Of a stretch of DNA of 64,000 nucleotides, positions 47,788 to 60,563 are shown piece by piece; position 1 is the stretch's first letter, and each line of letters begins with the position of its first letter. The DNA comes from Phallusia mammillata (taxonomy: Eukaryota). The notes below the pieces were generated by a model, which was given only the letters and a program-made list of their open reading frames with translations, was not told the DNA's origin and did not search any database. Location: assembly GCA_965637545.1 (NCBI GenBank), contig OZ281497.1:5394001-5458000 (forward strand), given 5' to 3'. The translations under genes and the position numbers were made by a program.

Positions 47788-50763
47788 ATGGAACCTAAAA
47801 AGAATGGACAAGAATTGGCTGACCAGTTGAGAGGTTGTTGTTACTTGGAAAATGGGTTTTACATCGAAGATAACACAGAGGAGTCTGCTGCCGCTATGAT
47901 CGAGTTATCCCATTATTACTATAAAATACGCAGTGTGGAAAAGCGGAACTACCTTTACGCCGCTGGTCTTCTCGTGGCAGCCAAAGTACGCCTTTCCAAC
48001 GATGACGTTGCAGACCGTTTTATGTTGAAATTGTGGAAAGAACTTCTGACAGACAGCGGTACTAAAAATACTGAGATTGATTTGTTCTCAATTGTAGCTG
48101 AGTTAAAGGAAAAAGTTTCGAAAATGCGAAAACTGGCTGAAAAGCAAATTGCAAATATTCCCAAAGTTACAGAGGAAGGAAACAAGTTCTTGCAAGAACA
48201 AAAAATGATAGATGCTACAAAAAAAGTATTTATATACTGTAATGAAAACTACATAGATATTATGCGGTACATATCTAATGAAATCTGTCAAATTTTGTTC
48301 GATTCTCAGTTGCCCTGTGAGTTTGCTCACTTGGTTTTCGGGTCAGTGGCTCGTATGGAAGGCAGTCCGTTTTCTGATTTCGAAAACGCCATTATTATCT
48401 CAAAACGCAGTGACGAGACCTTAGAACGATTTCGATTCTACATCGTTTTGTTTCAATTCGTGATTATCAACTTAGGAGAAACACCCGTACGCTTGTTGGG
48501 AATTCCTTTGCTCAATGATTTCTACAGTGACCGCAAATCCAAGGACTGGTTCTATGACAAATTTACTTGTCTCGGCGTCCGGTTTGACAGCAACATGCCC
48601 GCAGCTTCGGTACATCCCCTCTCGAGAGACCCGACCGCCGACAAACCTTTCAAAGTTGAGCTGATAGGCACCGTGAACGAAATCGCGTGTTTCTTAGAAC
48701 ACGATCAAGCTCTACGCAATGGATATCACCTGGCCGATGTACTGAGCCGATCGCGTTTGGTGGCAGGAAATTACAAACTGCATGAGGAATACAGGACGCA
48801 GGTGGATGAGAAACTTCGCATGAGCCAAGACTGGATTCGGGAACGGATAAAGAACTGCATGGAAACGCTTGATGGCGCCGATGAGCTGTGTACGTCGTTT
48901 AGTAAGCAAAACATAAAGCTTCTTGTTTACAGAGGCATATCGGTTACCATCAGCCACTTGGGCAACTTGTTCGGTGTTCGTAGCTCGTCTTGTTTTGATA
49001 TTGTGGACGAGATGGTTGAATGTGGTCGATTGCCAGTAGAGGCTGGTCATAATCTCAAATACGCAGTCGCTTTAGCTGGAGAAATCCGACTTAAGATTTA
49101 CATGGCAGCCGGTAAGCAAGTCCCAGAGACAGACTTGGTTGCAAAGGAAGACGGAAAAGCAATGTCAGATATTATCAGGGCTGTTGGGAACGTGGGCATT
49201 TGTGATCATTTTTACATCGCACAGACGCTGTGGCGTGATTTGCATCCATTTGTAATGCAAGAATCTACAAGCATATCGTTCTCATCAAAACCAAACATCG
49301 ACCCTGCTATGCGCTTTGTAATTCAAACTATTCTGCTCGGTAAACCTGAAGAAAACGGAAACTTTCGACTACTTAAAGACAGTGAAGAACATGACCACTT
49401 TGAAAAGATATCTTTTCTTCAAATTGCCAGAACAGGCACCAAGCTCCTGTTAACAATATTTGAATGTTTTGATGCAGTGTTAAAGCATAAACAAGCTTCC
49501 AAACTTTTCCACACTAAAGAAGACCACATTTTGAAAATCGAACACTTGAAAAAGATATTTGCTACCTGCACCACACTGTTTGCTGATACTTACACTTCAA
49601 AATACGCCCCGCAATTAGGCATTGACACAAAGCTTTTCGCGGAGCAAAAATATGCTTATAAGGACTACAAGAGAGCTATGGAAAACCTACAAACATTTCT
49701 TAAAGCATCGTTAAAAGATGTTAGGTTGATTCACCTGTTACCGTCTGTTGTCTACACTCTTCATTGTGTGGCGGATTTCGTGTCGTCCTTTAACCGAAAA
49801 ATGGCTGCGTATTTGGAAAATCCGGATACTAACAAAATCATGCAGTTGTTGAATGAACTTGACGACATTTCAACGGCGATTGATGGTTTTGTCATGACAT
49901 TGCCAGAGAAAGAAGTAGATTTGGAAATATACGTCGAAAGTCAAGAATTGGTTCGCCAAGTCGTTTTGGGTTTCGATGATGGGTTGTTTAGCAACGAAGG
50001 TTTGGCAATCGGGATAAACAGGTGGTTGGAACAAATCAAAAACATAAAGGCTATGATTTTAATTGCTGAACAGATTCCCATCTTTCATGAAAAGATCAAC
50101 GGGGTGATGAAGTTCTTTTCCGACATCAATAATTGGTCGTTTGTTATGCCTGCCTACAGCAAAGTTGTCAGAAGAGATTTAAAAATCCTCATCGCCGAAG
50201 TGAAATCCACGCGCGGTGAGCTGCTTTCCCGAAACGGCGAGTATGTACTTGCCACGGAGGATTTGTGCACCGCTCATCGCATTTTAACTGAAAACCCCCG
50301 CGAGAAAGTTTGGTTTGAATTGAAAGTGGCGACAAATATGCACAACATCGGTAAAAGCCTTTGCTCCTGTAAAAAATTCACTGAAGCACTGACATGGTTT
50401 CGTAAAGAGCTCGACCACAGGCTTAGTAAATTACCGACGAAAACTGGCAAAGAGCATTTGGGCCCGAACTATCACTTCCAAGCAAAATGTCTTCGTGCCA
50501 TCGGAACAGATGAAGCTTTGGCGGAAGCTGACATTTACTTTGAGAACGAAATGGAGTTTTTTTTAAAAAACTTCACTGAAGAAAACTCTGCTTTTAAACA
50601 CGTGTTTTACGTTTTGTGCTGTTACACGTGTTTTACGCTTTGTGCTGTTACACGTGTTTTACGCTTTGTGCTGTTACACGTGTTTTACGCTTTGTGGTGT
50701 TACACGTGTTTTACGCTTTGTGTTGTTACACGTGTTTTACGCTTTGTGCTGTTAGGAGATTAG
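47788..50763 (+). CDS. NTase-TPR protein copy A3, intact, 991 aa from MEP, with a minisatellite-encoded Cys-rich hydrophobic tail
   Basis: Uninterrupted ORF with the catalytic motifs intact. The A1 stop (TTT TAA AAC) is TTA AAA AAC here, so the frame runs through six 26-bp repeats and ends ...RFVLLGD*. Confidence 0.88.
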   Translation: MEPKKNGQELADQLRGCCYLENGFYIEDNTEESAAAMIELSHYYYKIRSVEKRNYLYAAGLLVAAKVRLSNDDVADRFMLKLWKELLTDSGTKNTEIDLFSIVAELKEKVSKMRKLAEKQIANIPKVTEEGNKFLQEQKMIDATKKVFIYCNENYIDIMRYISNEICQILFDSQLPCEFAHLVFGSVARMEGSPFSDFENAIIISKRSDETLERFRFYIVLFQFVIINLGETPVRLLGIPLLNDFYSDRKSKDWFYDKFTCLGVRFDSNMPAASVHPLSRDPTADKPFKVELIGTVNEIACFLEHDQALRNGYHLADVLSRSRLVAGNYKLHEEYRTQVDEKLRMSQDWIRERIKNCMETLDGADELCTSFSKQNIKLLVYRGISVTISHLGNLFGVRSSSCFDIVDEMVECGRLPVEAGHNLKYAVALAGEIRLKIYMAAGKQVPETDLVAKEDGKAMSDIIRAVGNVGICDHFYIAQTLWRDLHPFVMQESTSISFSSKPNIDPAMRFVIQTILLGKPEENGNFRLLKDSEEHDHFEKISFLQIARTGTKLLLTIFECFDAVLKHKQASKLFHTKEDHILKIEHLKKIFATCTTLFADTYTSKYAPQLGIDTKLFAEQKYAYKDYKRAMENLQTFLKASLKDVRLIHLLPSVVYTLHCVADFVSSFNRKMAAYLENPDTNKIMQLLNELDDISTAIDGFVMTLPEKEVDLEIYVESQELVRQVVLGFDDGLFSNEGLAIGINRWLEQIKNIKAMILIAEQIPIFHEKINGVMKFFSDINNWSFVMPAYSKVVRRDLKILIAEVKSTRGELLSRNGEYVLATEDLCTAHRILTENPREKVWFELKVATNMHNIGKSLCSCKKFTEALTWFRKELDHRLSKLPTKTGKEHLGPNYHFQAKCLRAIGTDEALAEADIYFENEMEFFLKNFTEENSAFKHVFYVLCCYTCFTLCAVTRVLRFVLLHVFYALWCYTCFTLCVVTRVLRFVLLGD
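50599..50754 (+). repeat. 26-bp minisatellite, 6 units, within the A3 reading frame
   Basis: 156 bp = 6 x 26. Confidence 0.95.
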
Positions 50764-52286
50764 AAAGTTTTCAGCAAGAAGCAGTTTTTTTGAAAAAATC
50801 ATGACATCATTAGTGCTCTAATTTCGTTATTTGTGATCCGAAGTAGTTTCACAATCACATTGAAAGTTTACATGACCACACCACAATACAGCCAAATATA
50901 GTTTTGTGTGCAAAGTTTTTAGTGTGTAAAGTGTGTACTGTTAACAAATATATAGTGTTATATTATATGCCCTGGCAAGTTGAAAAACAATGGTCTAAAC
51001 TTCAAAACGCTTGACTCTATTTATTGACTTTTATCCTTGGTGCAAAAAATGTCACCGTGTATATAAAGTATTTAAGTTGTATTGATTTGAAAATTAATCA
51101 TTATTTGCTATGAGATGACTTTTGCGATTTCCATTGAAAAGCGTTTTGAGGACATGATCAGTGGAAAAGTGACTACTTTTTTGTTCTTCGGTACCGTATC
51201 TCTATTACAACCAACTTTTGATTGTATATGCTGGTGCTTTTAGCGTTTTAGCTTATGTGTGTTCTGCCTTCGAATAGATTTGCACAACTGAATTGTTTTT
51301 CACCAGGAATCTGACCATTGTAGCTTAATTTGTCGAGTTTAATCACAAGTAATTAGTCAATCGATTATTGTCTATATAGCTGTTTTTCTGTTACATGATG
51401 AAAAATTCGCAATCTGTCTTAATATGTTCGTCTACAACGGCTATAGCTTTTCGCTTTTTGATATTATACAAAGTTTATCAGAAAGAATCGGGAGAGATTT
51501 TGATCAACTTTTCCATACAGACTACAACAGGAATTGTTTCTGCGCCGCAAGCAGTAGGCATAAAGCTGTACTGTCCTCCCCAAACAAGTATGGTGTGTAA
51601 AACGTATCAAAGCAAGTCTTCCATTTTACCACCTCGATGGCGTTGCGAATAAACATTCTCATTGCAATTTCCGTGCATATCTCGGGCTAGTTTAACCTGA
51701 TGTAATAATTTCGCAAACAAGATTGGAAGTCCAACCAATATGACCCGCGTCGGCGGTGACTTTCACTGTCCACTCTATGCATGGTTTAAGACAGTCGATC
51801 GCATCTTCGTATAACTTTAAAATGACCACAGCATGAGATTTGAAGTCTACAACAGAGTTATAAGTCGGGCCGGGCTTTTCGGGCCGGGTTGCTGTCTGGT
51901 GTTCTTATCTTTCTCTAGACTGAATTCTAACAATCATGTAAACATCACACTTCGGGTACAGCATATATACACATCAAACAGGATACATACGTAAAACCAA
52001 TGGTAAAAACACATATTTGTTCACAGTACACACTTTGCACACTAACAACTTGAGCATAGTTGAATAAATTTCTTTTCGAATTTATTGTTTGTAAAACTGC
52101 TTTGGTAAACAACTTAGGCCAAATTAGACTTCTAAAGTTCCCTTGCACACCCGTATATTTCACAAGCCTATACATGAATTCTTCAGAAACTACTTTTTCG
52201 TTGAACACTTGTACTATCTCAAGACACCATGAAAATAATATTTTCTGATATTTCAATGAAAATGGTTTCCTGTCGACGGTATGTTA

Positions 52287-53359
52287 TCACAAAAACAACT
52301 CCATTTCGCTTTCAATGTAGATGTCAGCTTCCGCCAAAGCTTCATCTGTTCCGATGGCACGAAGACATTTCGCTTGAAAGTGATAGTTCGGGCCCAAATG
52401 CTCTTTGTCAGTTTTATGCGGTAATTTACTAAGCCTGTGGTCAAGCTCTTTGCGAAACCATGTTAGTGCTTCAGTGAATTTTTTACAGGAGCAAAGGCTT
52501 TTACCGATGTTGTGCATATTTTCTGCCACTTTTAATCTAAACCAATCTTTTTTGCGTGAGATTTCAGTTAAAATCTGATGAGCGCAGCACAAATCCTCCG
52601 TGGCAAGTACATAATCGCCGTTTCGGGAAAGCAGCTCACCGCGTGTGGATTTCACTTCGGCGATGAGGATTTTCAAATCCCTTCTGACAACTTTGCTGTA
52701 GGTAGGCATCACAAACGACCAGTTATTGATGTCGAAAAAGAACTTCATCACCTTGTTGACCTTTTGATGGAAGATGGGGATTTGTTCAGCAATTAAAATC
52801 ATAGCCTTTACGTTTTTGATTTGTTCCAGCCATCTGTTTATCCCCATTGCCAAACCTCCGTTGCTAAACAACCCATTATCTATACTATGAACTACTTGGT
52901 GAGTAAATTCTTGACTTTCGACATATATTTTCAAATCTACTTCTTTCTCTGGCAATGTCATAATAAAACCATCAATCGCCGTTGAAATGTCGTCAAGTTC
53001 ATGCAGAAATCGCTCCGTATTGTTGGCATCCGTATTTTCTAAATAAGAAGCCATTTTTCGGTTAAAAGACGACACGAAATCCGCCACGCAATGAAGAGTG
53101 TAGACAACAGACGGTAACAGACTAATCAACCTAACATCCTTTAACGATGATTTAAAAAATGTTTGTAGGTTTTCCATAGCTCTCTTGTAGTCCCTGTAAG
53201 CATCTTTCTACTCCGCGAAAAGCGTTATGTCAAGGTCATGAGGGGCGTTTGTTGAAGTGTACGTATCAGCAAACAGCGCAGTGCAGACAGCAAACATCCT
53301 TTTCAAGTGTTCGATTTTCCAAATGAGGTCTTCTTTAGTGTGGAAAACTTTGGAAGCTT
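52287..53359 (-). pseudogene. Copy B3, 3' part (separated from its 5' part by a transposon)
   Basis: The C-terminal 296 aa are identical to B2. Homology stops at ttggaagctt|cactgtaaa (53359/53360). Confidence 0.9.
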
Positions 53360-56300
53360 CACTGTAAATTGAAATGGTGGAAAACAAAGGGTGGGGAAAA
53401 TAAAAGGTGGTATGATCCACCTATTGGGGTGGTACAGCTTAAAAGGTGTAATTTCACACCATTTTGAGACCAAATTTCCACCCGTCCTATAGTATTGGTG
53501 TAAATACCAACCCTCAGTTCTCACAAGGGTGGGTATATGCGCAAAGGTATTTTAAAAGACGCGGTAACACATTGCTAATCATTTGAAACAATTTGGGTAC
53601 TGCAATAACTTGCAATTAGGCGGTCAATACGCGATTTAGACCATTTGGTGCTAGGATTTCTCTTCCGTTTTCTTTGCGGTCAAGGTTTGGAAATATGTTC
53701 AAGCCGTGGAAAAACGACATTGGAGGTTTGGAATTGTATTTACTCTAGTATAAATGATTACTATACTGACAATTAAATAAACCAGGTAGTATATTTGTAT
53801 TTAAACAACGCATCTTTTTACAACAAACCTTCCTATAACTGCAGTCTATGTAACGTAAATTGAAAAGTTTTTCAGAAGTTTAAGGCAGATGTTAGTATCC
53901 TACATGTTACTTTTACGTTCTAAGAGCGAAATCCGTAGCAGCAATGTATGGCAGTCGCGACTTAGAACTGTAACCAAACGAGCCAGTGGCATTTTTTGAA
54001 AAAAAAACATGCACATTTATCACGCTGGATCTCATAAACGCGACGTATGCACGCTATACAGTATACATCATAATATTAGGGGAGTTGGTAGAAATACGAG
54101 TATAATTAAAATGAACAAATCACCGGTGAAAGAGTTTTCATTGTTAGTGAAGCTTTAGCAACACAGCAAGATATAGATTGTCGCATAACAATCCCAATTG
54201 TTACATCAGACAGAATTCTGGGATCGCCCAAGCTGAGTTGCAGGGGCATGTTTCTTTTATTATGACGTTTGCGGTAAGCCACACCCAGAGTTCAGCTTGC
54301 GCAGACGCCACGTTTTGTGCCGATTTGGAGGATTTGGAGTTTGGATACGGATCGGAAACAGTTTTAAGGTTTGTTGGTTATACTTTTTGTTTACCTTGCA
54401 AACTGACCAATAACTGGATGCATATTAAAGTTTTTAAAATGTATGGAGTTGCGTAGTAGACCTGTGTATCTCTAACCTATTTTATTGCGTGACCAAGTCA
54501 ACGTTTTTTTAGAAAAAAATGGCCCACTTTCTCATCAGTATGGCTAGCAGGTCTTGATAATTGGTACATCAGCACTTTACAAACTACTATATGGCCCACA
54601 AGCTAATTAGTTAAGAAACACTGGTGCAGACAATACTGCTTGTCCATTAGTTTTTGGTTTATTTTATATGCATTTGGTAATTGTTGGTCTTGTGGATTGG
54701 TTGTGTTAAGTATAAAAATACCTTTTAAAATTATATGTATCAGCAATATAGATTCAACTTGTAGGTTCATTAAAAGTGAGTTGTGTATGTTGTTTTTCTT
54801 GCAACTGATAAAGTATGTACATTTGAAGACAAATCTCAGATCAAAATGAAAAAACAATGTAAGCTGGAATTTTATGTCCTCATGAAACTGAAACGTGTGT
54901 TTGCCAATGCATTTCTAAAAAAAACTCCTTTAATATTTAAGAAATGAACATCATCATGTGACTGTGCCGCCATTGTGTTGCACAATAAACTTTTGCTCCA
55001 GAAAGTATTCTTCACCAAACCAAAGGGTGTCAAATATATTTTACATTTCGGTTTAAATGGTGGTGTTATAGTGGTTTCGTAAAATATGACATGTTGAATT
55101 TCCAAACGTTTCAGTGAGTGCTTATGTAATGTGCAAGAGCATTCTCTGAAATGTTTAGATAATAATTTAGGTTGCTTTTTATCTCCTGTATCATCCTTGT
55201 TACCGTCATTAAGGTTATTTTTGTTCGCAGATTAAAAAGTAAATATGGAATATCATGTGACCTGTGGTGAGAGAAAAGTGATATTAACCTGTATATCAAA
55301 ACTGGATGTGACCAATCAAATTGAGACTACATTCAATATCACCCATCCGTTCTCAATTCAGCTTTACTCACAAACGTTTAATGACTGGGTGGATGTAGAT
55401 AATCTAACAGATTTGCCAGAAAGTGGCAAACTTCTTGTCAAAGGTATTTGCATGTAATACAATACACCAGTTAATGTTTTACACTCATGTTGATTGTGAC
55501 AATATGTCTTAATGTTGTTTGTATTTGTACAATTTTGGCTTAGAAATATGCGATTAAATAATTTTCAGATTGTTTACCGGAGATACAAAATGATAATGAG
55601 ACTGCAACACATCTTTCATCCTCATCTTCACTTTCAACTACATCCCCCTCAGTAGAAACTGATGGATGGTTGGTTAGATACAAGCTTCCAAAACTCATTG
55701 GTGATGCTTTGGAAGATTGCAACTATCCAAGCAAACTAACCAACAAAATTAGGAGCAAAATTGTTCAACTCGTCTGTGATTCAATTTTACCACATAATAT
55801 GTAAGTGTGATATAGTTTGTTTGAAAATAGCTTGTAACGTACACATTAAATATTACTAATACTGTAAAAATTAATTACAGGTACCCATCACCCTTACAAA
55901 TGAGAACAGTATTAATGGAATTAGTAAAGGCATATCCAGTATTGCAAGATCAAAACAGTAGCAGTCCAATAGTAAGTAGGTGCGAGATTTCTGCCCAGCA
56001 CAGTACTGATTTTGGTTTGTTTTGTAGAGCACATGGGTTTGTAGTTTGCGACAAAGATTTAAAGACATAAGAAGACCCCTTCATTCAGATGTGCAAATTG
56101 CTGCTATGAAAATAAAGTATGGCGGTCGAGAAAGGCAGGATTCTTCAAGGAGGTTGTTTAAAGATGTAAGTATGTACATATATTTATTAAAAGTTTTCTA
56201 GGTTTAGCAAGTTAGATAGGTTTATTTTCAGTTAATCACCAAAAGTGAGGTTATGTTCCAAATTGTGTGTTTGCATACAGAGTTTTGAAGATGAGGAATC

Positions 56301-57366
56301 CGTTGCACTGCATTCTAAAATAGCACAATTGGAGCTGGCCAAACCACATCCAAGTCATGATTTAATAGAAGACTGCCATAAGTGTACATTCGAGTTTTGG
56401 AGAAATATCATTGCAAGAGGTGCAGCAAGTAATGACATTTTAGACCATGCAGTTTCCAACACTTCATGAAATCAATTTGGTAGGTGGATCTTTTCACATT
56501 ATATTTAATGTACCCATTTTAATGTAATAACCATTTTATTGAAATTGGAATGTCCAGTGATTTGTCTGTTTCAGATATTTTTGGCAACAGAATTGATTCT
56601 TAAAGTAGATGTATTGCAAACATTCATGGAAAAATTTGGTGACCAAAAATGCTGCAGAGACTGGAGAATCTTATTAAACCTAATCATAATCACCAAGTAC
56701 ATTTCACAGGTATATATTAATTTAAATTTCATGTTTTAAAATATGTGTACGGTTTAAGCAATGGGTGATGTACCAGTAATATTTTTATTTTAAATTGTAA
56801 TTGACTTTGAAATGATGCTATTTTGCACAAATGCTGTGGGTTATAACTTGTTTTATAATATGCAGGAGGATGAAAGAATACTTGGTGTTTGTTGGTGGAA
56901 AGAAGTTATGTGTTGCACCTAATTTGCCACAAGCCGTAGTTGCAATGATCTGCAGCTATTGGGTGTTCGACATTTGCTTTCCGAAACAATTGGTCAAGTC
57001 TCTACAACTTTTCTGCTGTATTCTAAATTTACCACTGAAAAATCGTCACATTGGTGTACAGCGTGTTTCAAACAAGCTGTAAGCGAAGTGCAAAGTAAAT
57101 TTTGTGAAACCTGTTTTGCAAATAAATTTTGTGAAACCCTGTTGTACTGGAACACCTTTGCAGGTGGAGATACCGACACCCTATAGTGGTGCAGACAGCT
57201 GAGTGGTGGTTGCCACCAATGGGGGCAAATTCACACCTACTATGGTGGAGTTCACAGGTGGAACTTACCACCTTCGTTATCTAAAGGTGGGAAGCAACTC
57301 CACCCTAGGTTGGAGTTTGTGGACCACCAATTTTGGTGTTAGTTTCCACGACTACCATTTACAGTG
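53360..57366. mobile_element. CACTG-ended DNA transposon (EnSpm/CACTA-like, CMC superfamily), 4007 bp, inserted in B3
   Basis: Termini CACTGTAAAT / ATTTACAGTG; 2-bp TSD tt. Removing the element and one tt restores ggaagcttgtttatgc (KHKQASK). Subterminal ggtgg/ccacc repeats at both ends. No transposase recognised inside. Confidence 0.85.
55245..57082 (+). CDS. Multi-exon accessory protein inside the transposon (TnpA-like / transposon-associated type)
   Basis: GT-AG exons in compatible phase: MEYHVTCGERKVIL...FSIQLYSQTFNDWVDVDNLTDLPESGKLLVK / D...KIRSKIVQLVCDSI / YPSPLQMRTVLMELVKAYPVLQD / ... / AVVAMICSYWVFDICFPKQLVKSLQLF...*. The middle exons were not fully resolved. Confidence 0.6.
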
Positions 57367-58749
57367 TTGTTTATGCTTTAACACTGCATCGAAAGATTCA
57401 AATATTGTTAACAGGAGCTTGGTGAGTGTTCTGGCAATTTGAAGAAAAGATATCTTGTCAAAGTGGTCATGTTCTGTGTTCTCTTTCAGTCGTTGAAAGT
57501 TTCCACTTTCTCCAGGTTCAACCAGCTCGTCCACAATATCAAAACAGGACGAGCTACGAACACCGAACAAGTTGCCCAAATGGCTGATGGTCACCGATAT
57601 GCCTCTGTAAACAAGGAGCTTTATGTTTCGTTTACTGAAAGGTGTACATAGCTCATCGGCGCCATCAAGCGTTTCCATGCAGTTCTTTATCCGCTCCCGA
57701 ATCCAGTCTTTGCTCGTGCGAAGTTTCTCATCCACCTGCGTCCTGTATTCCTCATGCAGTTTGAAATTTTCTGCCACCAAACGGGATCGGCTCAGTACAT
57801 CGGCCAGGTGATATCCATTGCGCAGAGCTTGGTCGTGTTCTACGAAACGTGCGATTTCGTTCACGGTGCCTATCAGCTCAACTTTGAAAGGTTTGTCGGC
57901 GGTCGGGTCTCTCGAGAGGGGATGCACCGAAGCTGCGGGCATGTTGCTGTCAAACCGGACGCCGAGACAAGTAAATTTGTCGTAAAACCAATCCTTGGAT
58001 TTGCGATCACTGTAGAAATCATTGAGCAAAGGAATTCCCAGCAAGCGTATGGGTGTTTCTCCTAAGTTGATAATCACGAATTGAAACAAAACAATGTAGA
58101 ATCGAAATTTTTCTAAGATCTCGTCACTGCGTTCTGAGATAATGATGGCATTTTCGAAATCAGAAAACGGACTGCCTTCCATACGAGCCACTGACCCGAA
58201 AACCAAGTGAGCAAACTCACAGGGCAACTGAGAGTCGAACAAAATGTTACTGATTTCACAAGATATGTACCGCATAATATCTATGTAGTTTTCATTACAG
58301 TATATAAATACTTTTTTTGTAGCGTCAATCTTTTTTTGTTCCTGCAAGAACTTATTTTCTTTCTCTTTAACTTTGGGAATATCAGCAATTTGTTTTTCAA
58401 CAAGCTTTCGCATTTTCGAAACTTTCTCCTTTAACTCAGCTACAATTGTGAATAAACCAACCTCGGTATTTTTAGCACCGCTTTCTGCCAGAAGTTCTTT
58501 CCACAATCTTAACATGAAACCGTCTGTGACGTCATCGTTGGAAAGACGTACTTTGGATGCGGCAAGAAGGCCAGCGGCGTAAAGGTAGTTCCGCTTTTCC
58601 TCACTGCGTATTGTGTAGTAATAATGAGACAATTCGATCATAGCGGCAGCAGACTCTCTTGTGTTATCTTCGATGTAAAACCCATTTTCCAAGTAACAAC
58701 AACCTCTCAACTGGTCAGCCAATTTTTGTCCGGTCTTGTTTGGTTCCAT
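57367..58749 (-). pseudogene. Copy B3, 5' part, with a 324-nt in-frame deletion
   Basis: Reads MEPNKTG...NTase...IVDELVE|PGESGNF...VLKHKQ then enters the transposon. The 108 codons between VE and PG are missing compared with B2 (40886-41209). Confidence 0.9.
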
Positions 58750-60531
58750 AGTTTGAACATTCGATTAACAAACTGCTGGACACAAGTATTCGCCTAAGCT
58801 GGGGTCGAAGGACGTGCAAGGGTAAATTACTGTTTTTGTTTATTGCTGAAAAAAAAAACCACATTTACTTTCAATGTTAAATCACAGTGTATATTCCAAT
58901 TTAATTCTACATTTCATCTTCAGATTTCAGGTTCGAATTTGATTACCAATGAGTTAAGAATACAGTCTTACATTAACAACAGTGGACGGTAAGACGGGTC
59001 GCACCTGTCCCTACTATATATTAGTTATGTCTTTTCGTTTGAAAGCCAGATTGCTAATAGTACTACATCAACAAACTTATGTGATGAATATTGTAGACGT
59101 ATAGTTATTACACAGTTTAATTGTAAATTTTTACATCCACCCTAGGGGTTGTTTCGAAGTTTGTTGTTAAAGTTCAAAATTCTACTCTTGTCTATCTACA
59201 ATTTCCTGTAACCAAACTAAAACAACATCGTTATTAAACATTTGCGAGTAGCACCATTACAATGCAATGCTAGCTGACTTGGGATGTCTTTCCTACAACT
59301 TTTGATATTTTGTTTCGACACTATATCTTATCTGTCAACTTCGGAAACGAAACCTATACTAAACAAGTCTTTACAACTTCAGTGCCTGTTTAAACGCCTA
59401 TAAAGAACAGAAACTTGTGGTTTGAGGTTCCCTCTGCCTTTACACAGCCGTCACGAATTCCCTCTGATGAATTCGTGACGGCTGTGTTGTGCGAAGCGTC
59501 TTGCCTCGAGTTTCATGTTTTCGTTCTGTAACAAACTTTTCTTTCCCATTTCCTGTCACATTATTCAGCACTCAAGGCGACAATAGTGCAGTATTTACAC
59601 AGCTCAATACGTGAAAGTACCTAAACGTTGTATTTAAACGAGTCTTTTTGCGTTGACAAGTAAACTCAAAAAAGTCTATTGTTGTAATGTTATTGAAAGC
59701 CAAAAAAATAACACCAATGTGTAAGGGGAAAAGCTCATGAATAGGTGAATGGGTTTTGGCGATTGGAACAGTTTTTCCCAACATTGTTAGGTTGAGACAC
59801 ACTATAACACTACATATTTATTCATTGCTAACCCATTGCACAATAAAAACTTTAATATAATAAAATATATACTTTTTAACTTAATTGTGGTTATGAAATT
59901 GCCTTGGTTAACAACTAATGCCCAAATTGGACTTATAACGTTCCCTTCCGCACCAGCTTTTTGTCAGGAAACAATAGAATGGTTTTTCATAAATAATCTT
60001 CGCTAAACACTTGCTAATCGGTGAAGCTTGTGCTATGCGAAGTGTCCTGCCTGTAGTTTCGTATTTTTGTGCTGCAACAGAAATGTCTTCAGATTGCGTG
60101 TGATTAGGTGACGCAAAATTCGAGGTCGATACCGAAAGTACAAGTCCGAAGCCCGGCCCGAAACCGAATCGTTTTTAAGAAGCCCCTTTAGGTCCGAAAG
60201 TTTGATTGACAGGCCTCTCCATAAAAGCCTACAAAACGTACTATAGTACGTATACTGTATATAATATATTTAAAAACGGCGTTTTAGGGCTGTTGGGCAT
60301 TGGATTAAGTTCAGCAACTGGCTGCTAAGTTGGGTAATTTTATCTGAAAAAACAAAAGCCGAAGCCGACCCAAAAAGCCTGGCCCGACTTACAGTTCTGC
60401 TTCAAACTGCATGAGGAATACAGGATTCAGGCGGATTCCAATATTTGAACTCAGACTTCGCATACGTATTTTAACTCCAGTTTCAGTTTTGAGATTATAT
60501 TTTTCTTTCATACATTTGTACTATGCCTAAA

Positions 60532-60563
60532 GCAGTAGCAACAGCAGCAGCAGCAGCAGCAGC
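60532..60563 (+). repeat. Short (CAG)n microsatellite, longer in unit 3
   Basis: gcagtagcaacagcagcagcagcagcagcagc follows a ~110-bp segment absent from units 1 and 2, which have only about 4 repeats (~31998, ~44136). Confidence 0.7.

Noticed and set aside
22992-58582. Many 60-140 aa ORFs antisense to or overlapping the NTase-TPR genes (e.g. 23568-23924, 29309-29620, 41111-41524, 57754-58065)
   Set aside because: They are shadow frames that recur only because the underlying genes are duplicated, and their stops vary between copies.
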